DNA of 11,933 bases from Promethearchaeota archaeon. GTDB lineage: Archaea > Asgardarchaeota > Lokiarchaeia > Sigyniarchaeales > SOKP01. The stretch covers positions 1 through 11,933 of the forward strand of contig JBHLOI010000084.1 in NCBI GenBank assembly GCA_048940645.1. The letters run 5' to 3'. The notes below the pieces were generated by a model that saw nothing but the letters and a program-made list of their open reading frames with translations, did no database searches and was not told where the DNA came from. This document shows positions 1 through 8,080 of the stretch, piece after piece. Each line of letters opens with the position of its first letter. Positions within the stretch are counted from its first letter, which is position 1. The translations under genes and the position numbers were made by a program.

Positions 1-2
1 TA

Positions 3-1655
3 AAAAGAATTAAGAAATATGGAAGATTTGGATGCTTTTTCTGTGATGATTTGACTGCTGAATATGCTGATATATCAATAGGATCTATAGGTTCTGAACC
101 AGGTTGGTCAACTGTAATTATTCGAACAAAAAAAGGTGCTGAGTTCTTTCAAAAAGCATTAGATTTGAATTTAATTGTTAAAAAAGAAATTAAAGAGAAT
201 AGCAAGAGCTTTAATGAACTGAATAGAATTGCGAAGTCTAAATTAAAAAAATACATTAAACAACGAAGAGTAAAAATGATAGAGCAAGAACCTAGTGAGA
301 GAATCAAAAATTTTGAAGAAGTTCCATATGGTTTAACGGATGATATGATGAAACTAGAAGTACAAAGGTGTTTACAATGTGGTTTGCCTCTATGTGTAAC
401 AGGTTGTCCTGTAAATATACGAATTCCTGAGTTTATTAAACTTTTAAAAGAAGAAAAATATATTGAAGCTCTTTATAAAATTAAAGCTAGTAATCTTTTA
501 CCCGCAATTTGTGGAAGGGTTTGTCCACAAGAGACCCAATGTGAAGATACATGCTTGTTAAATTCACTTGGAGAACCTATAGCAATAGGTTATTTAGAAA
601 GATATATTGCAGATTGGGAGAGAAGAAATAAATTAAAGGAATGCCCTGATTGTGCACCTCCGAAAGGTATTAAAGTTGCAGTTATAGGCGCAGGACCTGC
701 AGGACTAACATGTGCGGGGGAATTAGCAATGAGAGGATATGATGTTACTATTTTTGAAGCATTCCACGCGGGAGGAGGTGTACTAACATACGGGATACCA
801 GAATTTAGATTACCAAAAGAAATTGTAAAAGATGAAATTGAAACATTAAAAATGCTAAATGTTAAAATAAATTACAATGCAATTATCGGAAAAACGTTAA
901 CAATAGATGATTTGAAAGAAAAAGGGTATAAAGCGTTTTTTATTGGAGTCGGAGCAGGCTTACCAACCTTTATAAAAGTAGATGGCTTAAGTTTGAATGG
1001 AGTTCTAACTGCTAATGAATTCTTAACAAGGTCTAATTTAATGAAGGCTTATAGATTTCCTGAATATGATACCCCAATAAAAATAGGAAAAAAAGTTACT
1101 GTTATAGGTGGAGGTAATGTTGCATTAGATTCAGCTAGAACTGCTCTACGGTTAGGTGCTGAACGAGTAATTATAGTATATAGAAGATCAGAGGCTGAAA
1201 TGCCTGCAAGAAGAGAGGAATATCATCATGCTTTGGAAGAGGGTGTAGAATTTCAATTTTTAACCAATCCTGTACGATTCATTGGAGCCGAAAATGATGA
1301 TGTCAAACAAATGGAAGTTATAAAAATGAAATTGGGAGAACCAGATCAATCAGGACGCAGACGACCAATTCCTATTGAAGATTCAGAATATCTGATAGAC
1401 ACTGATACAATTATCATAGCGATTGGTACAAGAGCAAATCCTATCCTCACAAAATCCATCCCGGGATTAAGATTAAACAAATTTGGATATATTGAAACTC
1501 ATGAAAATTGTAAAACAAATATAGAGGGTATTTATGCGGGAGGAGATATAGTGACTGGAAGTGCAACTGTGATATCTGCAATGGGATGTGGGAAAAAAGC
1601 TGCAAAAGCAATCGATCAATATTTACAAGACAAATATCTTAATAAAAAAGAATAA
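3..1655 (+). CDS. 5'-truncated fusion protein: F420 hydrogenase/dehydrogenase beta subunit (FrhB/FdhB) C-terminal domain joined to an NADPH-dependent Fe-S flavoprotein of the NfnB/SudA/GltD ('homotetrameric glutamate synthase') family
   Basis: The frame is open from nt 3 (KRIKKYGRFGCFFCDDLTAEYADISIGSIGSEPGWSTVIIRTKKG), matching the FrhB C-terminal GCxxCxDxxAExADISxGxxGSxxGWSTVxxRTxxG signature, so TTG51 is not the real start. From about nt 264 the sequence is NfnB/SudA-like: RVKMIEQEPSERIKNFEEV, CLQCxxxxCxxGCP, CGRVCPQETQCEDTC..LER, FAD motif GAGPAG, YGIPEFRLPK, NADP motif GGGNVALD..YRR, and GGDIVTGSATVISAMG. Confidence 0.9.
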   Translation, partial: KRIKKYGRFGCFFCDDLTAEYADISIGSIGSEPGWSTVIIRTKKGAEFFQKALDLNLIVKKEIKENSKSFNELNRIAKSKLKKYIKQRRVKMIEQEPSERIKNFEEVPYGLTDDMMKLEVQRCLQCGLPLCVTGCPVNIRIPEFIKLLKEEKYIEALYKIKASNLLPAICGRVCPQETQCEDTCLLNSLGEPIAIGYLERYIADWERRNKLKECPDCAPPKGIKVAVIGAGPAGLTCAGELAMRGYDVTIFEAFHAGGGVLTYGIPEFRLPKEIVKDEIETLKMLNVKINYNAIIGKTLTIDDLKEKGYKAFFIGVGAGLPTFIKVDGLSLNGVLTANEFLTRSNLMKAYRFPEYDTPIKIGKKVTVIGGGNVALDSARTALRLGAERVIIVYRRSEAEMPARREEYHHALEEGVEFQFLTNPVRFIGAENDDVKQMEVIKMKLGEPDQSGRRRPIPIEDSEYLIDTDTIIIAIGTRANPILTKSIPGLRLNKFGYIETHENCKTNIEGIYAGGDIVTGSATVISAMGCGKKAAKAIDQYLQDKYLNKKE

Positions 1656-1670
1656 AAATTTTTAATTAAT

Positions 1671-2543
1671 TTAAGCCATTTTACTAGGAATCCCTAGAGG
1701 GCATATTTTTAAGCAATATGAGCAATACCTGTTGTTCAATAAACTCTCTATACATTTAGAGCGTTCTATATGGGTAATGATTCCTGTACTCTTTTTGATA
1801 GGCTGCTCATAAACAGCACCTCCTTTACAATTTTTTACACAGGAACCACATTTTTTACAGAATTCTTCCAATTCATCAAAATTCCGTTTCGAGCTCTCAG
1901 GGATATCTGCATCTGTAGTGATCATACTCCATCTCTGTCTCGGTCCAAATTCAGGCGTAATTATCAATCCATTTCTTCCCATTATCCCTAAACCCGCCGA
2001 GACTACATGGGGGCCATATAGTAATTTCCCCCCGAATGGATGATGAGCTTCACTTTTGTAACCTTGTTCTTTTAGATATTCAGCTAATTCTATTGTAATA
2101 TCACCTAACACTTTATATACCCTAAATACTTCAATTTCACATTTAGTACTGGGAGCAGTTTCAATACCATCATCCCATTTCATTTCCATACCAAGTATGA
2201 TCCCATTTTTTCCATAAACTTTTAGATCTTTAAAAATATAATTTTCATTGACAGGGATATAACTTATGAAATCTACTTTAGACTCGATTGCTTTTTTTTC
2301 AAATTCTTTCCAGAAATCTGCAGTAACTTCTGTTTTTGTATTATTTTCATTCCCATATTTAGTTTTTCGTGCTTGTTGAAAACCTTTAAAGGTTCCCCTT
2401 ATATATTTACTAAAAAGTTTAGCTGTTTCGCGATTTACCACTTCTGGAGGACCTGCACTCATTGAGAAGAGTTCTTTGGGAATAATAAAGACTAAATCTT
2501 CATTTTTCCCCACATATGTTGGTTCAATCCCTACATCAGACAT
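1671..2543 (-). CDS. Reductive dehalogenase (RdhA)-like / QueG-superfamily cobalamin- and 2x[4Fe-4S]-binding protein with no Tat signal
   Basis: Contains the RdhA-type segment AGLGIMGRNGLIITPEFGPRQRWSMITTD, then FCKKCGSCVKNC and C..CSYCLKICP cluster motifs, with an upstream Y..LxxxxxxLAEYLKEQGYKS helix. There is no RRxFxK Tat peptide. Confidence 0.8.
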   Translation of the reverse strand: MSDVGIEPTYVGKNEDLVFIIPKELFSMSAGPPEVVNRETAKLFSKYIRGTFKGFQQARKTKYGNENNTKTEVTADFWKEFEKKAIESKVDFISYIPVNENYIFKDLKVYGKNGIILGMEMKWDDGIETAPSTKCEIEVFRVYKVLGDITIELAEYLKEQGYKSEAHHPFGGKLLYGPHVVSAGLGIMGRNGLIITPEFGPRQRWSMITTDADIPESSKRNFDELEEFCKKCGSCVKNCKGGAVYEQPIKKSTGIITHIERSKCIESLLNNRYCSYCLKICPLGIPSKMA

Positions 2544-2613
2544 GTAACTTCCACTTCTTATTTTAAATGAAAAAATTTTTACTTTTATTCATATTAAGTT
2601 AATTATAAAGATA

Positions 2614-5600
2614 ATGGTTTCTAAAATTAATATTAAAAAGTACACCTGCCCTTTTTGCGGTAATGCACTATCTTCGAGATTTTCTAGATGTTTTAATACT
2701 TACTGTCAAGGACAAAAGTTTAATCTCGGTAATCTAGTTATTTTTCGGTTAAATCCCGAATTAGGGATAGGAAGGATTATAAAAAAATTAGAAATTCCTG
2801 CTTCAAAATCATTAGATGGAGAAGATACAATTTTTATTACGAAATTTAAAGTTTTATTTAAAAATAATATCGTAAAAATTATCCATCCAATTGATCTTAT
2901 ACATAATACTTATAGCGTTAATAATAGGCTCATAACTAAAGAAGGTATTGGTGTTATAAACTCAAAAGATTTTTCTATAAAAGATGGTAAAATCTCATAC
3001 GAAATATTATTTTCTAATGGGAAAGTTTCTCAAATCGAAGAATCTGAAATTATTTCCCTGTATCAACCTACTGTAAAAAGGATAATTTCAAATAAGATAA
3101 TTGATGATCCTCAAAATTTCTTAGTAAAATACTGGGCAAATTTGTTTCATTCTTATTATACCTCATATCAGATTAAATGTATTACTAATTCTCGATTATC
3201 TCTAATGCCCCACCAAATAAATGTTGCCCATAGATTATCCGAAGAACATTTTCCAAGGGTTATATTGGCTGATGAAGTAGGTCTTGGAAAAACAATTGAA
3301 GCAGGAATTTTCATTAAAGAGATGATGGCAAGAAGCTTAGCTGAAAGGATCTTAATCATAGTTCCTGCGTCATTAACGTCACAATGGGCATTTGAGATGT
3401 TGAATAAATTCAATATCAAATTTACAATTTATGATGGAAAGAAAATTAAAGAATTAAAAGCTAGAGGGCATTATAAAGGTTCTAATATACTACAAAATCC
3501 TTTTTATTATGATAATTTAATTATATGTTCGTTACAATTCGCTAGAAACCCCAAATATATCGAATTATTGACTCAAATTTCATGGGATATTGTAATTTTC
3601 GATGAGGCTCATCATTTGAGGCGTTATTTGTTAAATGTAACTACAGGTAATTATCGGGAAACTCTTAATTATCAATTAGCTAGAAAGTTAAGTAATTCAA
3701 CCGAATCGATGCTATTATTAACAGCCACTCCGTTGCAACTTCATTCTTTTGAGTTATATTCTTTAATTGAGCTTGTTCAAAGAGAAGCTTTTGAGAACTT
3801 TTCAAACTTTGAACATTTTAGGAAGAACATGCCTTTCATTAACCTACTTGTATCAAATATCAACCAGATTAATAAGTTAAATAATTTTGAAGTAAAAAAT
3901 ACAATTAAACTTCTAAAAAGCCTTAATTATGTTGATAAGAAAAAAGATGATAAGTATATTTTAAACCTGATGAAAGAAGATTCATTCAAATTAAATCTTT
4001 TAAAAAGAGTAGAAAAAGATCATACTCTATGGAGATTCTTGATAAGAAATCGAAAAAAGAATGTTTTTACTAATGATTTATTAAATAAGAGGATTGTAAA
4101 AACTATAATGGTAAATCCATCAAAACGGGAATTAGAGACATATAATGAAATTCGTCTATATTTAGCTAATATTTACAATTCATCAATAAGTAAACAGAAT
4201 ATTGGATTGGGATTTATTATAACCACCTTGCAAAAATTATTAACTAGTTCTAAATATGCTTTTTTAAGGAGCTTAGAAAGAAGATTGGAACAAATTGAAA
4301 GGGATAAGAGCCTTTTAATGAACTTAGAAAAATTCAAAGAAGAAGATCCAGAATATTTTGAAATAGAATTAGAAGAAGAAAACATAGAAAGTGATACTAT
4401 AATTAACTTTAATAAAGCTAATACTAGTAAAAAACAAGATATATCACTAGATTTAATAAACCAAGAGAAGCTGTTAAAGAACTTTCATGATAAATTAAAA
4501 TCATTACCATATGACTCAAAATCTAATAAATTGATTGAACTACTTACCCAGATTTATAATAACAATCCTAATGAAAAGATTTTAATTTTCACTCAATTTG
4601 TAGATACATTAAACCATTTAAAACAATTATTAGAAAAGCAGGAACAAGATAGTGAAATTGAAATATTTTATGGAGGTATGGATAAAGATCAAAAAGATAA
4701 AGCTGTTGAGAGATTTAGAGCGAGTAAAAAATTTGCGATATTAATCTCGACAGAAATAGGAGGTGAAGGTAGAAATTTTCAGTTCTGTAGAGTATTAGTT
4801 AATTACGATTTACCATGGAATCCAATGAAACTAGAACAACGAATAGGAAGACTTGATCGAATTGGTCAAGAATCCAAGGAGATATATATTTACAATTTCT
4901 TCTTAGAGGGGACAATCGAGACAGATATTATTTTTGCACTCAATAAAAGAATTAATTTGTTTGAAGAATCAATAGGAATTCTGGAACCTATAATTGGAAA
5001 AATTGAAAAAGATATAAAAGAAATTATTTTTACTGAAACTGAAGGCAAAAAAAGGAAAAGATTAAATGAATTTTATCGTAGTATTGATGAACAATTTCAG
5101 AGAGCAAAGGAAATCGAAATGCAATTAGACGATTTATTAATAGACAAAAAATCATTTCGCATGGATGATTTAATCACATCATTGGAAGCTTGCGAGGAAG
5201 TTAAACTAAGTCATAATGAACTTTATCTTTTGATGAAGTGTTTTTTCGATTTAAACAATCATTTTTATGGATATTTGCGAACAAATTCTTCCAAAAGTGA
5301 AGTTTATACAACTATTCAATTAAATGAGATTTTATTAAAAAATCCTTATCTAAAACTTTCCAAAAAATATATCGGAACCTTCAATTTGAATGTCGCGCGT
5401 GAGAGAGAAGAAATTGACTTTTTTGCTTTAGGACATCCTTTAATAAACAGTGTTATAAATTTTTGCCGATCAAACACATTCAAAGGTACATATACTATTC
5501 TTAATTTAAAGAAAGTATATATACCTGAAGATAATAAATTAAGTTTAAATAGCACTCGGGAAATGTATATTCTAATTTTCAATGTTAAATTTCAAGGATA

Positions 5601-6204
5601 TATTATAGAAAATCAATATATTGCCATTGTAGTTGATAAAGTTGGTAACGAAATAGAAAACTTAGCAGATTTTATATTGGATATTGAAAATTTCCACAAA
5701 ATCTTTGAATTTAATATACATAATAATAAATTACCTCTACTAAAACAAGAATTTATGGAATCAATCATTCAAAGAGCTAAATCTATTGTTAAAAGAAAAA
5801 CTTCAATTTGGAAACAGGAAATTAAGGCATTAAATGATAAAATCTTCACTCTAGAAAGGAATAAAAAAGAAAAAATTTATGAATATAAAAGTAAAGTTTT
5901 GAATCTAAAAATAGAAGGATTAAAGAGGAAATTGGAAAAAAAAGAAAGACAAAAGCCGACAGAAAGACAATTGAAAAATATCTCAAATCTAACAGATGAG
6001 GTTAGAAAAGAAGAGAAAAAGATAAAGATAAAACAACTAGAAGAGGATATTCTTTTTCTTAATAAAGATATTAGATTAACAAACAAAAAAATTGATGATT
6101 TGTTATTTGAATTTGAAGATATTAAAAAAGAAATGACTCAACGAAATTTAGCTAAATTCTATACTAATTTAGATGCTTTTGCTATTATACGATTAGTTGA
6201 TTAA
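2614..6204 (+). CDS. RapA/HepA-family SNF2 ATPase with N-terminal zinc ribbon, tandem Tudor/SH3-like repeats and C-terminal coiled coil
   Basis: Helicase motifs: PHQ, motif I ADEVGLGKT, Ia IIVPASLTSQW, II DEAH, III LTATP, IV LIFTQF, V STEIGGEGRNFQF, NYDLPWNP, VI EQRIGRLDRIGQ. It also has the RapA-like C-terminal segment GTFNLNVAREREEIDFFALGHPLI and an N-terminal CPFC-x10-C-x4-C. Confidence 0.9.
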   Translation: MVSKINIKKYTCPFCGNALSSRFSRCFNTYCQGQKFNLGNLVIFRLNPELGIGRIIKKLEIPASKSLDGEDTIFITKFKVLFKNNIVKIIHPIDLIHNTYSVNNRLITKEGIGVINSKDFSIKDGKISYEILFSNGKVSQIEESEIISLYQPTVKRIISNKIIDDPQNFLVKYWANLFHSYYTSYQIKCITNSRLSLMPHQINVAHRLSEEHFPRVILADEVGLGKTIEAGIFIKEMMARSLAERILIIVPASLTSQWAFEMLNKFNIKFTIYDGKKIKELKARGHYKGSNILQNPFYYDNLIICSLQFARNPKYIELLTQISWDIVIFDEAHHLRRYLLNVTTGNYRETLNYQLARKLSNSTESMLLLTATPLQLHSFELYSLIELVQREAFENFSNFEHFRKNMPFINLLVSNINQINKLNNFEVKNTIKLLKSLNYVDKKKDDKYILNLMKEDSFKLNLLKRVEKDHTLWRFLIRNRKKNVFTNDLLNKRIVKTIMVNPSKRELETYNEIRLYLANIYNSSISKQNIGLGFIITTLQKLLTSSKYAFLRSLERRLEQIERDKSLLMNLEKFKEEDPEYFEIELEEENIESDTIINFNKANTSKKQDISLDLINQEKLLKNFHDKLKSLPYDSKSNKLIELLTQIYNNNPNEKILIFTQFVDTLNHLKQLLEKQEQDSEIEIFYGGMDKDQKDKAVERFRASKKFAILISTEIGGEGRNFQFCRVLVNYDLPWNPMKLEQRIGRLDRIGQESKEIYIYNFFLEGTIETDIIFALNKRINLFEESIGILEPIIGKIEKDIKEIIFTETEGKKRKRLNEFYRSIDEQFQRAKEIEMQLDDLLIDKKSFRMDDLITSLEACEEVKLSHNELYLLMKCFFDLNNHFYGYLRTNSSKSEVYTTIQLNEILLKNPYLKLSKKYIGTFNLNVAREREEIDFFALGHPLINSVINFCRSNTFKGTYTILNLKKVYIPEDNKLSLNSTREMYILIFNVKFQGYIIENQYIAIVVDKVGNEIENLADFILDIENFHKIFEFNIHNNKLPLLKQEFMESIIQRAKSIVKRKTSIWKQEIKALNDKIFTLERNKKEKIYEYKSKVLNLKIEGLKRKLEKKERQKPTERQLKNISNLTDEVRKEEKKIKIKQLEEDILFLNKDIRLTNKKIDDLLFEFEDIKKEMTQRNLAKFYTNLDAFAIIRLVD

Positions 6205-6262
6205 ACTAAAGTTTACAAAAACTTTAAATGATGAATCTTCATTAGTAATGATGGTGACACTA

Positions 6263-6661
6263 ATGTCAAATCCAACGACGGAAGATGCCTCTTTATTTCT
6301 CCAATTATTTGGAATAATGATGGGAGATTTGGAATTTAGGAAAGCTTGGAGATGGATATTTGAAGAATTAGATGTGAAGAGTTATGATGATTTTAAAGCA
6401 AAATATCCATTGAAGAGTGAAGAAAATAGAAACGTTCGAATTTTCACTGGTTATATGGAAATGTTAGCTACTCTAGTAAACAAGGGACTTATTAGTGAAG
6501 ATTTAATCTTTGACTTATGGGGCTCACTAACTTGGGAAAAATTAGAAACTCTTGTTCATGGCATCCGAAAAGATATCGGAATGCCTAGATATTTAGAGAA
6601 TTATGAAGTTTTAGCTAAGAAATATATATATTGGGCAGAAAAGAACCCTCCCAAAGTTTGA
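6263..6661 (+). CDS. Small alpha-helical hypothetical protein, DUF4760-like (about 132 aa)
   Basis: Contains the pattern GYMEMLATLVNKGLISEDLIFD..WEKL..R..P..LENYEVLA, typical of DUF4760-type proteins. I moved the start from TTG6197 to ATG6263 because GGTGA (6253-6257) lies 5 nt upstream and a TTTAAAT box sits at about 6223-6229. Confidence 0.65.
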   Translation: MSNPTTEDASLFLQLFGIMMGDLEFRKAWRWIFEELDVKSYDDFKAKYPLKSEENRNVRIFTGYMEMLATLVNKGLISEDLIFDLWGSLTWEKLETLVHGIRKDIGMPRYLENYEVLAKKYIYWAEKNPPKV

Positions 6662-6685
6662 AAAAATTTAAATTTTTTTTTTTTT
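6661..6685. terminator. Probable bidirectional oligo-T terminator between convergent genes
   Basis: A T13 run on the + strand (6673-6685) and an A6 run (T6 on the - strand, 6661-6666) sit between two stop codons. 6661-6678 is a perfect 18-bp palindrome, AAAAAATTTAAATTTTTT. Confidence 0.6.
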
Positions 6686-7496
6686 ATGATTTGATAAAAT
6701 AATACTTTCTGCCATATTTTTTAAAAATTCTCGTTCCTCCTCCTTCTTGAAGAATTTTTAAAGTAGCTTCAGAATTCAAAATTTTCATTCCTCCTACAAT
6801 ATTGACTCCATAATCAAACAAGATATCTGGTATAAAACTAATCGTAGGGCCGACAACAATAATATAATTAGCATTTTTTTTAAAAATTGATAATATATGC
6901 TCTAAAGTATCATTTAATATTGATGTTCCAGTACAAATTAGTATGTCTACTTTCAATTCTTGTTCATTTAATTGATCTATATTGCTTTTAATATTAAATT
7001 CATTTGATAAAGTTTTGCTAATAGGATTGTCATCTACAATTGTTATATTTTTAGTAATTCTATTTATTGCTTTGACTATAGGGGCTATAAATCCGATAAA
7101 ATTAATTCTTGTTTTTTCATTTATATTTAGATAATCAATTAATTGTTCCTTCAGCTCTACATAAGGATTTCTTACAGCTAAAATATGCTGGGAAGCAGCA
7201 TTTAAAGTTGCCACCCCTATTGTTTTTCTTAGACTAACAGGTTCTAATGACCAAGTTATTAGTTCTGTAAATGACAAGTCTGTTAATTCTCCAGCAAAAT
7301 TTATTTTTGAACAATCTGTATTATGAATTACACTTGGTAAAGTCTGAGCTACGCCTAAAAATGGCTCATAAGCATATGCTGCTAATTCAACGCCTGTATA
7401 ACCTAAACCAACAACAACTCTACTTATTTGAGGGGGTAATATTTTATGGTATCTATAAATTCGTAATATAAGTTCAAGAGTCTTTTCTAAAATCAT
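6684..7496 (-). CDS. DUF364 (Rossmann-like) protein with DUF4213 N-terminal domain, putative metal chelation
   Basis: The N-terminal region has VVVGLGYTGVEL..GVA and IGVATLNA. The C-terminal region has DILICTGTSILNDTLEHIL..VVGPT..P..LFDYGV..VGG. Confidence 0.85.
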   Translation of the reverse strand: MILEKTLELILRIYRYHKILPPQISRVVVGLGYTGVELAAYAYEPFLGVAQTLPSVIHNTDCSKINFAGELTDLSFTELITWSLEPVSLRKTIGVATLNAASQHILAVRNPYVELKEQLIDYLNINEKTRINFIGFIAPIVKAINRITKNITIVDDNPISKTLSNEFNIKSNIDQLNEQELKVDILICTGTSILNDTLEHILSIFKKNANYIIVVGPTISFIPDILFDYGVNIVGGMKILNSEATLKILQEGGGTRIFKKYGRKYYFIKS

Positions 7497-7550
7497 TACT
7501 AATTGAAAAAGTATAACACTTATTTTAAGTGTTTAACATTTCTTATTTAA

Positions 7551-7940
7551 GTGATTAGATTGGAATATATAGTAATAGAAAACGATAAAATTGGAAAAAT
7601 TAAAGCTAAATTACTCACAGATAAAAACCCTGAAACTTGTAAGGCAATTTGGGAGAAACTTCCATTTGATATAAACTTATCTAGATGGGGAGAAGAACTC
7701 TATGGGGAGATACCTGTTGCTATTAGCGAAGAGAATTCCCAAGTTGACTGTGAAGTAGGTGACGTTGGTTATTGGCCTACTGGTAATGGTTTTTGCATCT
7801 TTTGGGGACCTACGCCTGTTAGTAAAGGTGATAAGCCAAGAGCAGCTTCTCCTGTAAATATTTTTGCCAAAATTGAAGGAGATGCAAAAATTTTTAATCA
7901 ATTTTCATCGTTTTCTGGAAAAGTAATGAAAGGAGAGTAA
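7551..7940 (+). CDS. Cyclophilin-like fold protein (TM1367/DUF369 family)
   Basis: Motifs PETCKAIWEKLP, RWGEELYGEIP, GDVGYWPTGNGFCIFWGPTP and ASPVN. The start could be GTG7551 or TTG7560. Confidence 0.85.
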   Translation: MIRLEYIVIENDKIGKIKAKLLTDKNPETCKAIWEKLPFDINLSRWGEELYGEIPVAISEENSQVDCEVGDVGYWPTGNGFCIFWGPTPVSKGDKPRAASPVNIFAKIEGDAKIFNQFSSFSGKVMKGE

Positions 7941-8056
7941 TCTCGTAATAATTTAAATCTAGTTTTTTTATAATTCTTTATTGTTATAACTAAAATCAGG
8001 ATTATTTCAAATATTATCCTAATAATATGTAGATTATATCCTAGAATGCATAAATG

Positions 8057-8080
8057 TTCGTGAAAGCACACTTTCACGAA
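8057..8080. promoter_or_regulatory. Perfect inverted repeat TTCGTGAAAG-CACA-CTTTCACGAA (operator or hairpin)
   Basis: Perfect 10-bp arms with a 4-nt spacer in the 278-bp intergenic region, relatively GC-rich against the background. The function is inferred. Confidence 0.55.

Noticed and set aside
51-278. TTG51 or ATG276 as the start of a stand-alone glutamate synthase small subunit
   Set aside because: The frame is open to the window edge and encodes conserved FrhB motifs. Family similarity upstream of ATG276 continues with no stop codon.
1695-1714. TAGAGGGCATATTTTTAAGC, nearly identical to the promoter-like sequence at about 10886-10906
   Set aside because: It is the antisense of codons for the constrained CLKICPL Fe-S motif, so it is most likely a coincidence.
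2614-6661. DISARM or other helicase-based defence system
   Set aside because: There are no methyltransferase, DrmA/B, PLD or nuclease genes nearby, and the neighbours are metabolic or housekeeping-like.
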